Assembly: GCA_035552095.1 (NCBI GenBank)
Contig: DASZMA010000096.1
Span: 26,883 to 90,882 of the forward strand
Direction: 5' to 3'
Length of the DNA stretch: 64,000 bases
Source: Acidimicrobiales bacterium
GTDB taxonomy: Bacteria > Actinomycetota > Acidimicrobiia > Acidimicrobiales > RAAP-2
Of this stretch, positions 45,866 through 53,818 are shown piece by piece; the stretch's first letter is position 1; every line of letters starts with the position of its first letter. The notes under the pieces were generated by a model, which was not told the DNA's origin, did no database searches, and worked only from the letters and a program-made list of their open reading frames with translations. Made by a program: the position numbers and the translations under genes.

Positions 45866-45872
45866 ACTGATT

Positions 45873-45897
45873 AAGTGATATTAAAACGATATCACTT
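45873..45897. promoter_or_regulatory. Perfect 9-bp inverted repeat AAGTGATAT-N7-ATATCACTT upstream of the SPFH operon
   Basis: Read directly. AT-rich, 26-50 bp upstream of the SPFH ATG. Confidence 0.4.
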
Positions 45898-45940
45898 TAT
45901 CCGGTGGTCCACAAGCCGTTGAAGGCGGCGGGCCCCTACG

Positions 45941-46375
45941 TCACGTCGAATAGGCGTTGATCATCCAACGGATCCCGTACCGGTCGGCGCACGTCCCCCA
46001 GTACGCCCCCCAGGGCATGTCCTGTAAGTCGGCCACATCGGACCCTCCGTCGGAGAGCGCCGCGAAGATGCGGTCGGCTTCTGCCCTGTCGTCCATCTCC
46101 AGGTTGATGGTGACCGAGTTCCCCCGCACGGCTTGGTGGCCCAGGGACTCCAGCATGTCCGTACCCATTAGGACATGGCCGGCGTGGATCGGCAACTCGC
46201 AGTGCAGCACCATGTTCTTCTCGGCCTGAGTGAGCGGGGGAGCGCTCGGATCGCCCGGCATGTCACCCATGCGCGTGATCGGAGCGGCGTACGCCGTCCC
46301 GAAGACAGATCCGTAGAAGTCGAAGGCCTCCTCGGTCTGTCCCATGAAATTGAGATAGGTGCTGACCCTGTTCAT
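45941..46375 (-). CDS. VOC/glyoxalase-fold protein (PhnB-like)
   Basis: The MNRVSTYLNFMGQTEEAFDFYGSVFG opening and 144 aa length are typical of PhnB/3-demethylubiquinone-methyltransferase-like VOC proteins. Confidence 0.75.
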   Translation of the reverse strand: MNRVSTYLNFMGQTEEAFDFYGSVFGTAYAAPITRMGDMPGDPSAPPLTQAEKNMVLHCELPIHAGHVLMGTDMLESLGHQAVRGNSVTINLEMDDRAEADRIFAALSDGGSDVADLQDMPWGAYWGTCADRYGIRWMINAYST

Positions 46376-46539
46376 GTGCCTTCCTTTCCGGCGCGGCTGA
46401 CTGGCCCGACCACACCTTGCGATCGAGCATTTGAAACACTAGGTGGAGGCGACCGGCACACTTTCATGAAACTGGCGGGTCATTGCACGATCCTGTCGCC
46501 GGTCGGCCAACAGCGCGAGTTCTGTGGTGCAATGTGCGA

Positions 46540-47454
46540 ATGCCTTTGGACGAGCTTCGTCGAGTGCTGGACCGCCATGCGGGACCCGATGTGAACACCG
46601 CCATCGACGGCGTCCGGATCTGCCGCACCGACCATAGGGTTTCGCCCGACCCCTCGATTTCGGGGACGGTTCTGGTGGTCATGGTCCAGGGTGGCAAGCG
46701 TCTTGCGCTTGGGGACCGCGTCTACGAATACGGCGCTGGTCAATACCTCATCGCTTCGATCGACCTCGCGGTCACCGGACACGTCGTCGACGCCACCCCG
46801 GACCACCCCGCACTCAGTTTCGGGATGACCCTGGAATCGGCCGTCATTGCCGAGTTGCTCCTGCAGGCCGACCCAGGCGACCTACCACCCTCACCCGGAT
46901 CGGCGCTGGCGGGAATCGGAGTCAGCGACGCCCCGGACGAGCTGCTCAATGCCATTGTGCGGCTGGTGCGGCTGCTCGACCGGCCACGGGACCGCAAGAC
47001 CCTCACCCCCTTGTTGAAGCGCGAGATCCTCTGGCGATTGATGACGGGAGAACAAGGCGACATCGTCCGTCAGCTCGGCCTGGCCGACAGCAGCCTGAAC
47101 CACATGACGCGAGCGGTGCAGTGGATTCGGGAGAACTACACCCAACCGTTCAGAGTCGAGGATGTGGCACGACGGTCGGGGATGAGCGTCTCGGCGTTCC
47201 ACCGGAACTTCCAAGGTATGACGGGAATGACTCCGATCCAGTTTCAAAAGCACATCCGGCTGCAGACGGCGAGATTGTTACTGGCCAACCACCCGAATGA
47301 CGTCACCGGCGTCAGCCGTCGCGTCGGGTACGACAGTCCGTCCCAGTTCAGTCGAGAGTACCGGCGCCAATTCGGCGCTCCACCCAGCGTCGATGCGGCG
47401 CGCCTGCGTCATGGTGTCGGTCCCGTCCGCGACGCCGCGGTGAAAATCGCCTAG
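46540..47454 (+). CDS. AraC-family transcriptional regulator (AraC_N-type sensor domain)
   Basis: C-terminal double HTH (VEDVARRSGMSVSAFHRNFQGMTGMTPIQFQKHIRLQTARLLL). Confidence 0.8.
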   Translation: MPLDELRRVLDRHAGPDVNTAIDGVRICRTDHRVSPDPSISGTVLVVMVQGGKRLALGDRVYEYGAGQYLIASIDLAVTGHVVDATPDHPALSFGMTLESAVIAELLLQADPGDLPPSPGSALAGIGVSDAPDELLNAIVRLVRLLDRPRDRKTLTPLLKREILWRLMTGEQGDIVRQLGLADSSLNHMTRAVQWIRENYTQPFRVEDVARRSGMSVSAFHRNFQGMTGMTPIQFQKHIRLQTARLLLANHPNDVTGVSRRVGYDSPSQFSREYRRQFGAPPSVDAARLRHGVGPVRDAAVKIA

Positions 47455-47615
47455 ACGAAGAGGATCGGGCAGATACATGAGGCAATCTAACTAGTTCAGC
47501 ATCTACGAACGTGTTGTCATGGGGGTACGGGAACGACCATGACCGGAGAAACAGACGCTCACGCACCACCACCCCTTTGTCGGCGATCGTCGGACCCCGA
47601 ACTGTTGAGCCCACG

Positions 47616-48062
47616 ATGACCGCGGACGATGCCGTTGTTCTTGCCCTCGACATCGGGCCGGACTCATCCATGGCGGCGCGCACCATTGACATCACAACGC
47701 AGGGCAGACATAGCGGTCTGCCGCGCCGTATCGAAGTCTGGTTCCATCGTGTCGACGGTCGCTGGTACCTGACGGGCGTGCCGGGCCGGCGCGGTTGGTA
47801 CGCCAACGTACTGGCCCAGCCGCGCTTCACCGTCCATCTCAAACACGGTGTCAGGGCCGATCTACCCGCCACCGCCGTCCCGGCCGCCGAGGCGACGCGC
47901 CGGCGGGTCATCGGTGCCGTCCTCGACCTGCAGGACCGACCGGAGATTGCGGCGCGGGCCGGCCAACGCCAGGACTTCAATGACTGGCTGGCCGGCAGCC
48001 CGCTGGTTGAGATCGTATTCGACCAGGAATTGTGGTCGACCTCCTCAGCGAAGTCGGAATAG
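47616..48062 (+). CDS. Deazaflavin (F420)-dependent nitroreductase-family (Ddn/PNPOx-like) protein
   Basis: ITTQGRHSGLPRRIEVWFHRVDGRWYLTG...GWYANVLAQPRFTVHL matches the family pattern TTxGRKSGxxR...WYxNLxAxP. The start is uncertain. Confidence 0.65.
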   Translation: MTADDAVVLALDIGPDSSMAARTIDITTQGRHSGLPRRIEVWFHRVDGRWYLTGVPGRRGWYANVLAQPRFTVHLKHGVRADLPATAVPAAEATRRRVIGAVLDLQDRPEIAARAGQRQDFNDWLAGSPLVEIVFDQELWSTSSAKSE

Positions 48063-48080
48063 TCCAGAAAAGGGGAGATC

Positions 48081-49109
48081 ATGAAGTACCGCACACTGGG
48101 CCGGACGGGAATCGAAGTGAGCCCGTACTGCCTGGGCACCATGATGTTCGGGGCCTGGGGCAATCCCGACCACGACGAGTCGGTCCGGATCATCCATAAG
48201 GCCCTGGACGCCGGGATCAACTTCCTCGACACGGCCGACGTGTACTCCCAGGGCGAATCTGAGGAGATCGTCGGCCAGGCGCTCAAAGGCCGTCGCGACG
48301 ACGTCGTGCTCGCCAGCAAAGTGCACTACCCGATGGGCGACGATCCGAACCGGCGGGGCAATTCACGGCGCTGGATCGTCGCCGCGCTGGAGAACTCGCT
48401 CCGGCGCCTGCAGACCGATCACCTGGACCTCTACCAGGTGCACCGCCCCGATCCCACGGTCGACGTGGAGGAGACGCTGTCGGCCATGTCCGACCAGATT
48501 CACCGCGGCAAGGTGCGCGCCATCGGTACGTCGACCTTCCCAGCTTCGGATGTCGTCGAGGCGCAGTGGGTGGCCGAGCGGCGAGGTCTCGAGCGCTTCC
48601 GGACTGAACAGCCGCCGTACTCGATCATCAACCGGAGCATCGAACGTGAGCTGCTGCCAGTCTGTCAGCGCTATGGGATGGGCACGCTGATCTGGAGTCC
48701 GTTGGCGCAGGGCTTGCTCACCGGCCGACACCGCAAAGGCCGGCAGAGCGACAGCCACCGGTCCGGCGGTATGCCCGAGCACTTCAACGACGAGAGGAAA
48801 CTAGGGGTGGTCGAACAGCTCATACCGCTCGCCGACGAGGCCGGTCTGCCGATGACCCACCTCGCCATGGCTTTCGCGATCGCCCATCCGGGCGTCACCT
48901 CCGCGATCCTGGGGCCGCGTACCATCGAGCAGCTCGACAACCTCCTCGCCGGAGCCGAGGTCACGCTCGAAGACGAGGTGCTCGACCGGATTGACGAGAT
49001 CGCTCCACCCGGGACCGACGCCGGCCCCAACGACGTGGCCTACACGCCGCCGGCCCTTTCGAGCGTGAGCCTGCGTCGCCGGCCGGTCGCCGAGCGGTCA
49101 GCCGCCTGA
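48081..49109 (+). CDS. Aldo/keto reductase
   Basis: MKYRTLGRTGIEVSPYCLGTMMFG, INFLDTADVYSQGESEEIVG. 342 aa. Confidence 0.9.
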   Translation: MKYRTLGRTGIEVSPYCLGTMMFGAWGNPDHDESVRIIHKALDAGINFLDTADVYSQGESEEIVGQALKGRRDDVVLASKVHYPMGDDPNRRGNSRRWIVAALENSLRRLQTDHLDLYQVHRPDPTVDVEETLSAMSDQIHRGKVRAIGTSTFPASDVVEAQWVAERRGLERFRTEQPPYSIINRSIERELLPVCQRYGMGTLIWSPLAQGLLTGRHRKGRQSDSHRSGGMPEHFNDERKLGVVEQLIPLADEAGLPMTHLAMAFAIAHPGVTSAILGPRTIEQLDNLLAGAEVTLEDEVLDRIDEIAPPGTDAGPNDVAYTPPALSSVSLRRRPVAERSAA

Positions 49110-49147
49110 GCGACGACTCGAGCGCCAGGCTGCCAGGCCCGGCCACG

Positions 49148-49720
49148 TCAGTTGATGGCGATGGTGGCGGCCAGCGCCATCCGATGGTCCTTCGACCACG
49201 GTGGTCCCAAGGTTGCTCTCGGGCCGTACAGCACCTCTTGGGTTCGCTCACCCAGAATTCGGGCCGCTTGGTGCTCGACGTCCTTGGCGGTGTAGTGATG
49301 GACCACCCAGCGACGCTGGCGGGCCAGTTCGGCCAGCACTTGGCAGTACATGACGGAATCGGCCCGGCTCTCGTATGGGACGAGACGTTGGACGGCAATG
49401 TCCTCGGGGAAATCTGCCGGCCACGCTCGAAGCGACATCGAGACGATCGGTTCCGGCATCGCCGTGGTGAGCTCGTCCAGTGCGGCCGACGTAGCCCGGA
49501 CGACCGATGCCCGCACATCCGCCACCAACGCCGCCAGAGCGCGGTCGTTGAGCGGTTCGGCCGATCGGTGGAGCAGGTGCGGGCCGCCCACATGGTGGAT
49601 CGGAGCTGTCGGCAGGCCGGGCTCGATCAGCTCGATTCTCCGGCGGTCCACGACCTTGTGGTCGGCTGATGCGGTGACCGCGACGGCCCAGCCGAAGTGA
49701 TGAGCGATGCCGAGACGCAT
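49148..49720 (-). CDS. Hypothetical protein (unknown family), divergent from rph
   Basis: 191 aa from ATG 49720 with GC3-consistent coding. No motif recognised. The longer track ORF (to 49798) would run through the RAE-like palindrome. Confidence 0.5.
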   Translation of the reverse strand: MRLGIAHHFGWAVAVTASADHKVVDRRRIELIEPGLPTAPIHHVGGPHLLHRSAEPLNDRALAALVADVRASVVRATSAALDELTTAMPEPIVSMSLRAWPADFPEDIAVQRLVPYESRADSVMYCQVLAELARQRRWVVHHYTAKDVEHQAARILGERTQEVLYGPRATLGPPWSKDHRMALAATIAIN

Positions 49721-49757
49721 GGAACCCTTCCCGCCATTACCAAGGTACACCAGGGTG

Positions 49758-49778
49758 GGGGCCTTGCCGCAAGGACCC
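49758..49778. promoter_or_regulatory. RAE-like (rifamycin-associated element) inverted repeat GGGGCCTTGC-C-GCAAGGACCC
   Basis: 9 of 10 arm positions are complementary. It lies 104 bp upstream of the rph-type start and 38 bp upstream of the divergent ORF. A CTTGC..GCAAG core flanked by G/C runs is how I remember the RAE. Confidence 0.5.
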
Positions 49779-49881
49779 TTGGTGTGCTGACAATGCACCC
49801 ATCGGACCGGCCCACCGGCGATCGGCCGACCGACAATAGGAATGAGACAGGTCCAACGGGCCGAAGGGGGAAGTTGGACGC

Positions 49882-52482
49882 ATGGGCAACTACGTGCTGG
49901 ATCTTTCGGAGATCGACCAGACCCAGGTCGCGGAGGTTGGCGGCAAAGGCGCGCACCTGGGGGAGCTCTCGCGGATCGAAGGCGTCAGCGTTCCGGCTGG
50001 TTTCTGCGTGACGACGGAGGCCTTCCGGCGGATCATGGCCGAGGCGTCAGCGGTCGACGAACGGCTCGATCGGTTGTCGCGCCTGAGCCCCGATGACCAG
50101 GAGGCGATCCGTTCGCTCAGCGCGGAGATCCGCCGGACGATCGAAGAGATCGTCATACCCGGCGACCTGGCGGCCGCGATCACCGGTTCGGTAGACCGGC
50201 TCGGCGAACACGCCGCCTATGCGGTCCGGTCCAGCGCGACGGCTGAGGACTCACCGACCGCTTCGTCGGCGGGACAGCAGGACACGTACCTGAACGTCGT
50301 GGGGTCGGCGGCGATCCTCCGGCACGTCAGCCGGTGTTGGGCCTCCCTGTTCACCGACCGCGCCGTGACTTATCGCTTGCGCAACGGCGTCGACCACCGG
50401 CTGGTTCACATGGCCGTGGTGGTGCAGCAGATGGTCTTCCCGGAGGCGGCCGGGGTCCTGTTTACCGCCGACCCCGTCTCGTCCAACCGCTTGGTCACCT
50501 CCGTGGAAGCCACCTTCGGCCTCGGTGAGTCCCTGGTCTCGGGCCTGGTGAATGCGGACGTCTACCAGGTGATTGACGATGTCGTCGTGGCCAAGGCAAT
50601 CGCGTCCAAGCGGCTGGCCACCCGCGCCTCGCCGGCCGGCGGAACGCAGGAGCGGCCCATTGAGCCGGAGCGTCAGCGGCGGCCAGCACTCACGGAAGCA
50701 CAGGCCGTGCAACTGGCGCAGCTGGGCCGACGGATTGAAGCGCATTTCGGACTCCCCCAGGACATTGAGTGGTGCTTGGTCGACGATGGGTTTCGGATCG
50801 TCCAGAGCCGGCCGATCACCACCCTGTTCCCCATTCCGGCGGCCAGCGACCAAGCGAACCATGTGTACATATCCGTCGGTCATGCGCAGATGATGACCGA
50901 CGCTATGAAGCCCCTGGGGCTCTCCTTCTGGCAGCTGACCACACCTCGGCCGATGTACGTGGCTGGTGGGAGGCTGTTCGTCGATGTTGCCTCGGACCTG
51001 GCGTCACCGGCGCGCCGGGCCGGCCTCTTGGAGGTCATGGGGAAATCCGATCCTCTGATCCGGGACGCGCTGGAGACCATCCTCACCCGCGACGACTTCA
51101 TCCCGACGCTCCCCGATGACGGCACGAGTGCGGTGCCGGCTGGTGGCGCCACCCCCGCTCCCATTGAGACCGATCCGGCCGTTGTCGTCGAGCTGATCGA
51201 ACAGAGCCAGGCCTCCGTAGCCGCCCTGACGCGAGACATCCACACCAAGTCCGGATCGGCCCTGTTCGACTTCATCCTGGCGGACATCGGGGAGCTGAAG
51301 CGGATCCTGTTCGATCGGCGGAGTCACGAGGTATTCATGTCGGCCATGGAGGCCACCTGGTGGCTCAACGAGCGACTGGAAGCCTGGCTGGGCGAGAAGA
51401 ACGCGGCCGATAGGCTCACGCAGTCCGTCCCGTACAACGTCACCTCGGAAATGGGGTTGGCGCTCCTGGACGTGGCGGACGTCATCCGTCCGTATCCAGA
51501 GGTGGTGTTTTTCCTGGAGCACGTCGAGGACGAGGACCTCTTGGAGGAACTGCCCACACGTGCGGGCGGGCCGCAAGCCCGAGACGCCATCGCAGCCTTC
51601 CTTGACAAGTACGGCATGCGGGGCGTCGGCGAGATCGACATCACGAGGCCACGTTGGAGCGAACGCCCCACCACGCTCGTGCCCCTGATCCTCGGCAACG
51701 TCAAGAACTTCGAACCGGGCGCCGGTGAGCGGCGCTTCGAGCAGGGCCGGCAGGGAGCCTGGGAGAAGGAAAAGGAGTTGCTGGCGCGCCTGGCCACCTT
51801 GCCGGACGGGAAGCGCAAGGCCGATGAGACAAAGCGGAAGATCGACCGCGTCCGGACCTTCATCGGGTACCGGGAGTATCCGAAGTACGGCATGGTCAGC
51901 CGCTACTTCGTCTACAAGCAAGCTTTGCTGGAAGAGGCCGGACGCCTCGTGCTGGCCGGTGTGCTTCGTGAGAAGGAGGACATCTTCTACCTCACGTTCC
52001 AGGAGCTCCACGACGTCGTACGCACGAATCAGGCGGATGTTCAGCTCATCTCCGAACGCAAGGACGCGTTCAGGTCGTACCAAGCGATGACGCCACCCCG
52101 GGTGTCCACGTCCGACGGCGAAGTCGTCGCCGGGAAGTATGGACGCGACGACGTGCCGGCTGGCGCGCTGGTCGGTTTGGCGGTTTCGGCCGGGACCGTC
52201 GAGGGACGCGCTCGCGTCATCCCCGACCTGTCCGAGGCGGAGTTCGAAGCGGGTGACATCCTCGTGACCGCCTATACGGATCCCAGTTGGACGCCGACCT
52301 TCCTCGCCATCAGGGGCTTGGTGACGGAGGTCGGTGGCCAAATGACCCACGGCGCGGTGATCGCCCGGGAGTACGGCTTGCCGGCGGTGGTGGGCGTGGA
52401 GCACGCCACCCGGTTGATCCGGGATGGTCAGCGGATCCGCGTCAACGGAACGGACGGGTACGTCGAGATGTTGCCGGCCTGA
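49882..52482 (+). CDS. rph: PEP-synthase-like three-domain phosphotransferase, rifamycin phosphotransferase (Rph) architecture
   Basis: 866 aa. N-terminal ATP-grasp/PPDK_N (VAEVGGKGAHLGEL), a large middle domain, and a C-terminal swivel His domain (GGQMTHGAVIAREYGLPAVVG). The size matches Rph (~865 aa) rather than PpsA (~790 aa). Confidence 0.75.
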   Translation: MGNYVLDLSEIDQTQVAEVGGKGAHLGELSRIEGVSVPAGFCVTTEAFRRIMAEASAVDERLDRLSRLSPDDQEAIRSLSAEIRRTIEEIVIPGDLAAAITGSVDRLGEHAAYAVRSSATAEDSPTASSAGQQDTYLNVVGSAAILRHVSRCWASLFTDRAVTYRLRNGVDHRLVHMAVVVQQMVFPEAAGVLFTADPVSSNRLVTSVEATFGLGESLVSGLVNADVYQVIDDVVVAKAIASKRLATRASPAGGTQERPIEPERQRRPALTEAQAVQLAQLGRRIEAHFGLPQDIEWCLVDDGFRIVQSRPITTLFPIPAASDQANHVYISVGHAQMMTDAMKPLGLSFWQLTTPRPMYVAGGRLFVDVASDLASPARRAGLLEVMGKSDPLIRDALETILTRDDFIPTLPDDGTSAVPAGGATPAPIETDPAVVVELIEQSQASVAALTRDIHTKSGSALFDFILADIGELKRILFDRRSHEVFMSAMEATWWLNERLEAWLGEKNAADRLTQSVPYNVTSEMGLALLDVADVIRPYPEVVFFLEHVEDEDLLEELPTRAGGPQARDAIAAFLDKYGMRGVGEIDITRPRWSERPTTLVPLILGNVKNFEPGAGERRFEQGRQGAWEKEKELLARLATLPDGKRKADETKRKIDRVRTFIGYREYPKYGMVSRYFVYKQALLEEAGRLVLAGVLREKEDIFYLTFQELHDVVRTNQADVQLISERKDAFRSYQAMTPPRVSTSDGEVVAGKYGRDDVPAGALVGLAVSAGTVEGRARVIPDLSEAEFEAGDILVTAYTDPSWTPTFLAIRGLVTEVGGQMTHGAVIAREYGLPAVVGVEHATRLIRDGQRIRVNGTDGYVEMLPA

Positions 52483-52498
52483 CGGCCAGCGCTGGCCG
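52483..52498. terminator. 16-bp palindrome CGGCCAGCGCTGGCCG immediately after the rph stop
   Basis: Read directly. There is no T-tract, so it is only a weak intrinsic-terminator candidate between convergent genes. Confidence 0.25.
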
Positions 52499-52627
52499 GG
52501 GCAAAAGAATTGCTTGCATTTGGCTGCAGCGAACCGTGTCCAGCTTCGCTCAGCCTAATTGGTTGGTTCCCGTCGCTCGATCAGCCCAACGACGAAACGA
52601 GGGTGGCCGGACGTCGCCACAAGAATG

Positions 52628-53629
52628 TCAGGCGGTGGTGAGCACCACCCCTACAAAGACTGCGTAGGCCAAGATGATCATCCACCCCGACCAACGACGT
52701 AGCCCGCGGCCAAAGTAGGCGAGCACCAGCGTCAACACCGTGAGCCCGACATACCATCCGGCCACAAGGAGCCCGGAGGCTGAAGGCTTAGCCAATCCAA
52801 TGAAGGCAGCCGGGATCAAGAGTCCAGCGGCGACGTTGATGGTGTTGGAGTTCAAAGCCGTGCTGAGTGCGGCAGCACCCCGGCCTTTTCTGGCCAAGAA
52901 GACGGCGGCCACGGCATTGGGCAAGCTGGTGACGGCGGCCAAGACGAGACCACCCACCACGATTTCGGCCACCCCATAGTGCCGACCCAGTGTCGAGGCG
53001 CCCTGTTCCATGGCAGCGCTGGCAACGACGACCACCACCAGTGCACCAAGGGCAGAGGTGACATCCTTGTTGGTCCCGCGCTGCGGTCGAATGGCCCCTT
53101 CGAGTTCGGCCTCCTCCTCGACAATCGCCGTGGTGAGCCACGTCGACCATGGCGCCGGCAAAGGGAGAACCGCCAGCACGCGTCTGCGGGCACCGAGCAC
53201 CACGGCGTAGGCGACGAGCACGACGAGCACCAACACCAATCCGACCGCCAAAGGCACGACTCCGGCCACAGTGAGCACACAGACCGTGGCCATGAAGACG
53301 GCGACGGTGCCACCGAGGACCACCACCTTGCGGTGCAGCACGATCCCGCCGGCGACCACGGCGCCGAGACCAAGGAGTGCGGCCAGGTTGAAGACGTTGG
53401 AGCCAATGACTACGCCGGCCCCGATCGTCCGTTGGTGATGCAGCAGTGCCGTGACCGATGCCGTGATCTCAGGTGCGTCAGCGGCTAGGGCGGCCACCAA
53501 TCCGAGCATTGCTTCTGAGAGCCCGAACCGCTCCCCGACGCGCTCGAGTCGCGAGACCAGTACCCAACTTGTGGCCAAGCTGATGATGGCGCCGACCACG
53601 AAGGCGGCGAACGAGATACCCACGCTCAC
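52628..53629 (-). CDS. CaCA-family cation/Ca2+ antiporter (Na+/Ca2+ exchanger membrane domain x2)
   Basis: Two alpha-repeat-like motifs (AADAPEITAS and VTSLPNAVAAV). About 10 TM segments. 333 aa. Confidence 0.8.
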   Translation of the reverse strand: MSVGISFAAFVVGAIISLATSWVLVSRLERVGERFGLSEAMLGLVAALAADAPEITASVTALLHHQRTIGAGVVIGSNVFNLAALLGLGAVVAGGIVLHRKVVVLGGTVAVFMATVCVLTVAGVVPLAVGLVLVLVVLVAYAVVLGARRRVLAVLPLPAPWSTWLTTAIVEEEAELEGAIRPQRGTNKDVTSALGALVVVVVASAAMEQGASTLGRHYGVAEIVVGGLVLAAVTSLPNAVAAVFLARKGRGAAALSTALNSNTINVAAGLLIPAAFIGLAKPSASGLLVAGWYVGLTVLTLVLAYFGRGLRRWSGWMIILAYAVFVGVVLTTA

Positions 53630-53818
53630 TGAGCGCTCCCTTCCCGTGCTCGCCGATCGAAGGTGAGTCCATCGGGTTGGGCAATGAAGGCATCAGGGTG
53701 GACCGCTCGGTGGCACATGTCGGGTTCCTCTCGCGAACGAACAATGTGCCGACCAGACTTCCCGGCTCTCCCGCAGGTCAGGTTACTGCCCGCCCGCTGC
53801 ATGCCGTCCCAAACGGGG

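Noticed and set aside
53630-53818. Possible fluoride (crcB) or Mn2+ (yybP-ykoY) riboswitch in the spacer upstream of the CaCA gene, prompted by a CTGATGCCTTCA stretch.
   Set aside because: I could not find the complementary 5' pairing partner or the conserved GGCGAUG / GGGGAGUAG cores. The neighbouring ClC has CBS/TrkA-C domains and is not a ClC-F type.
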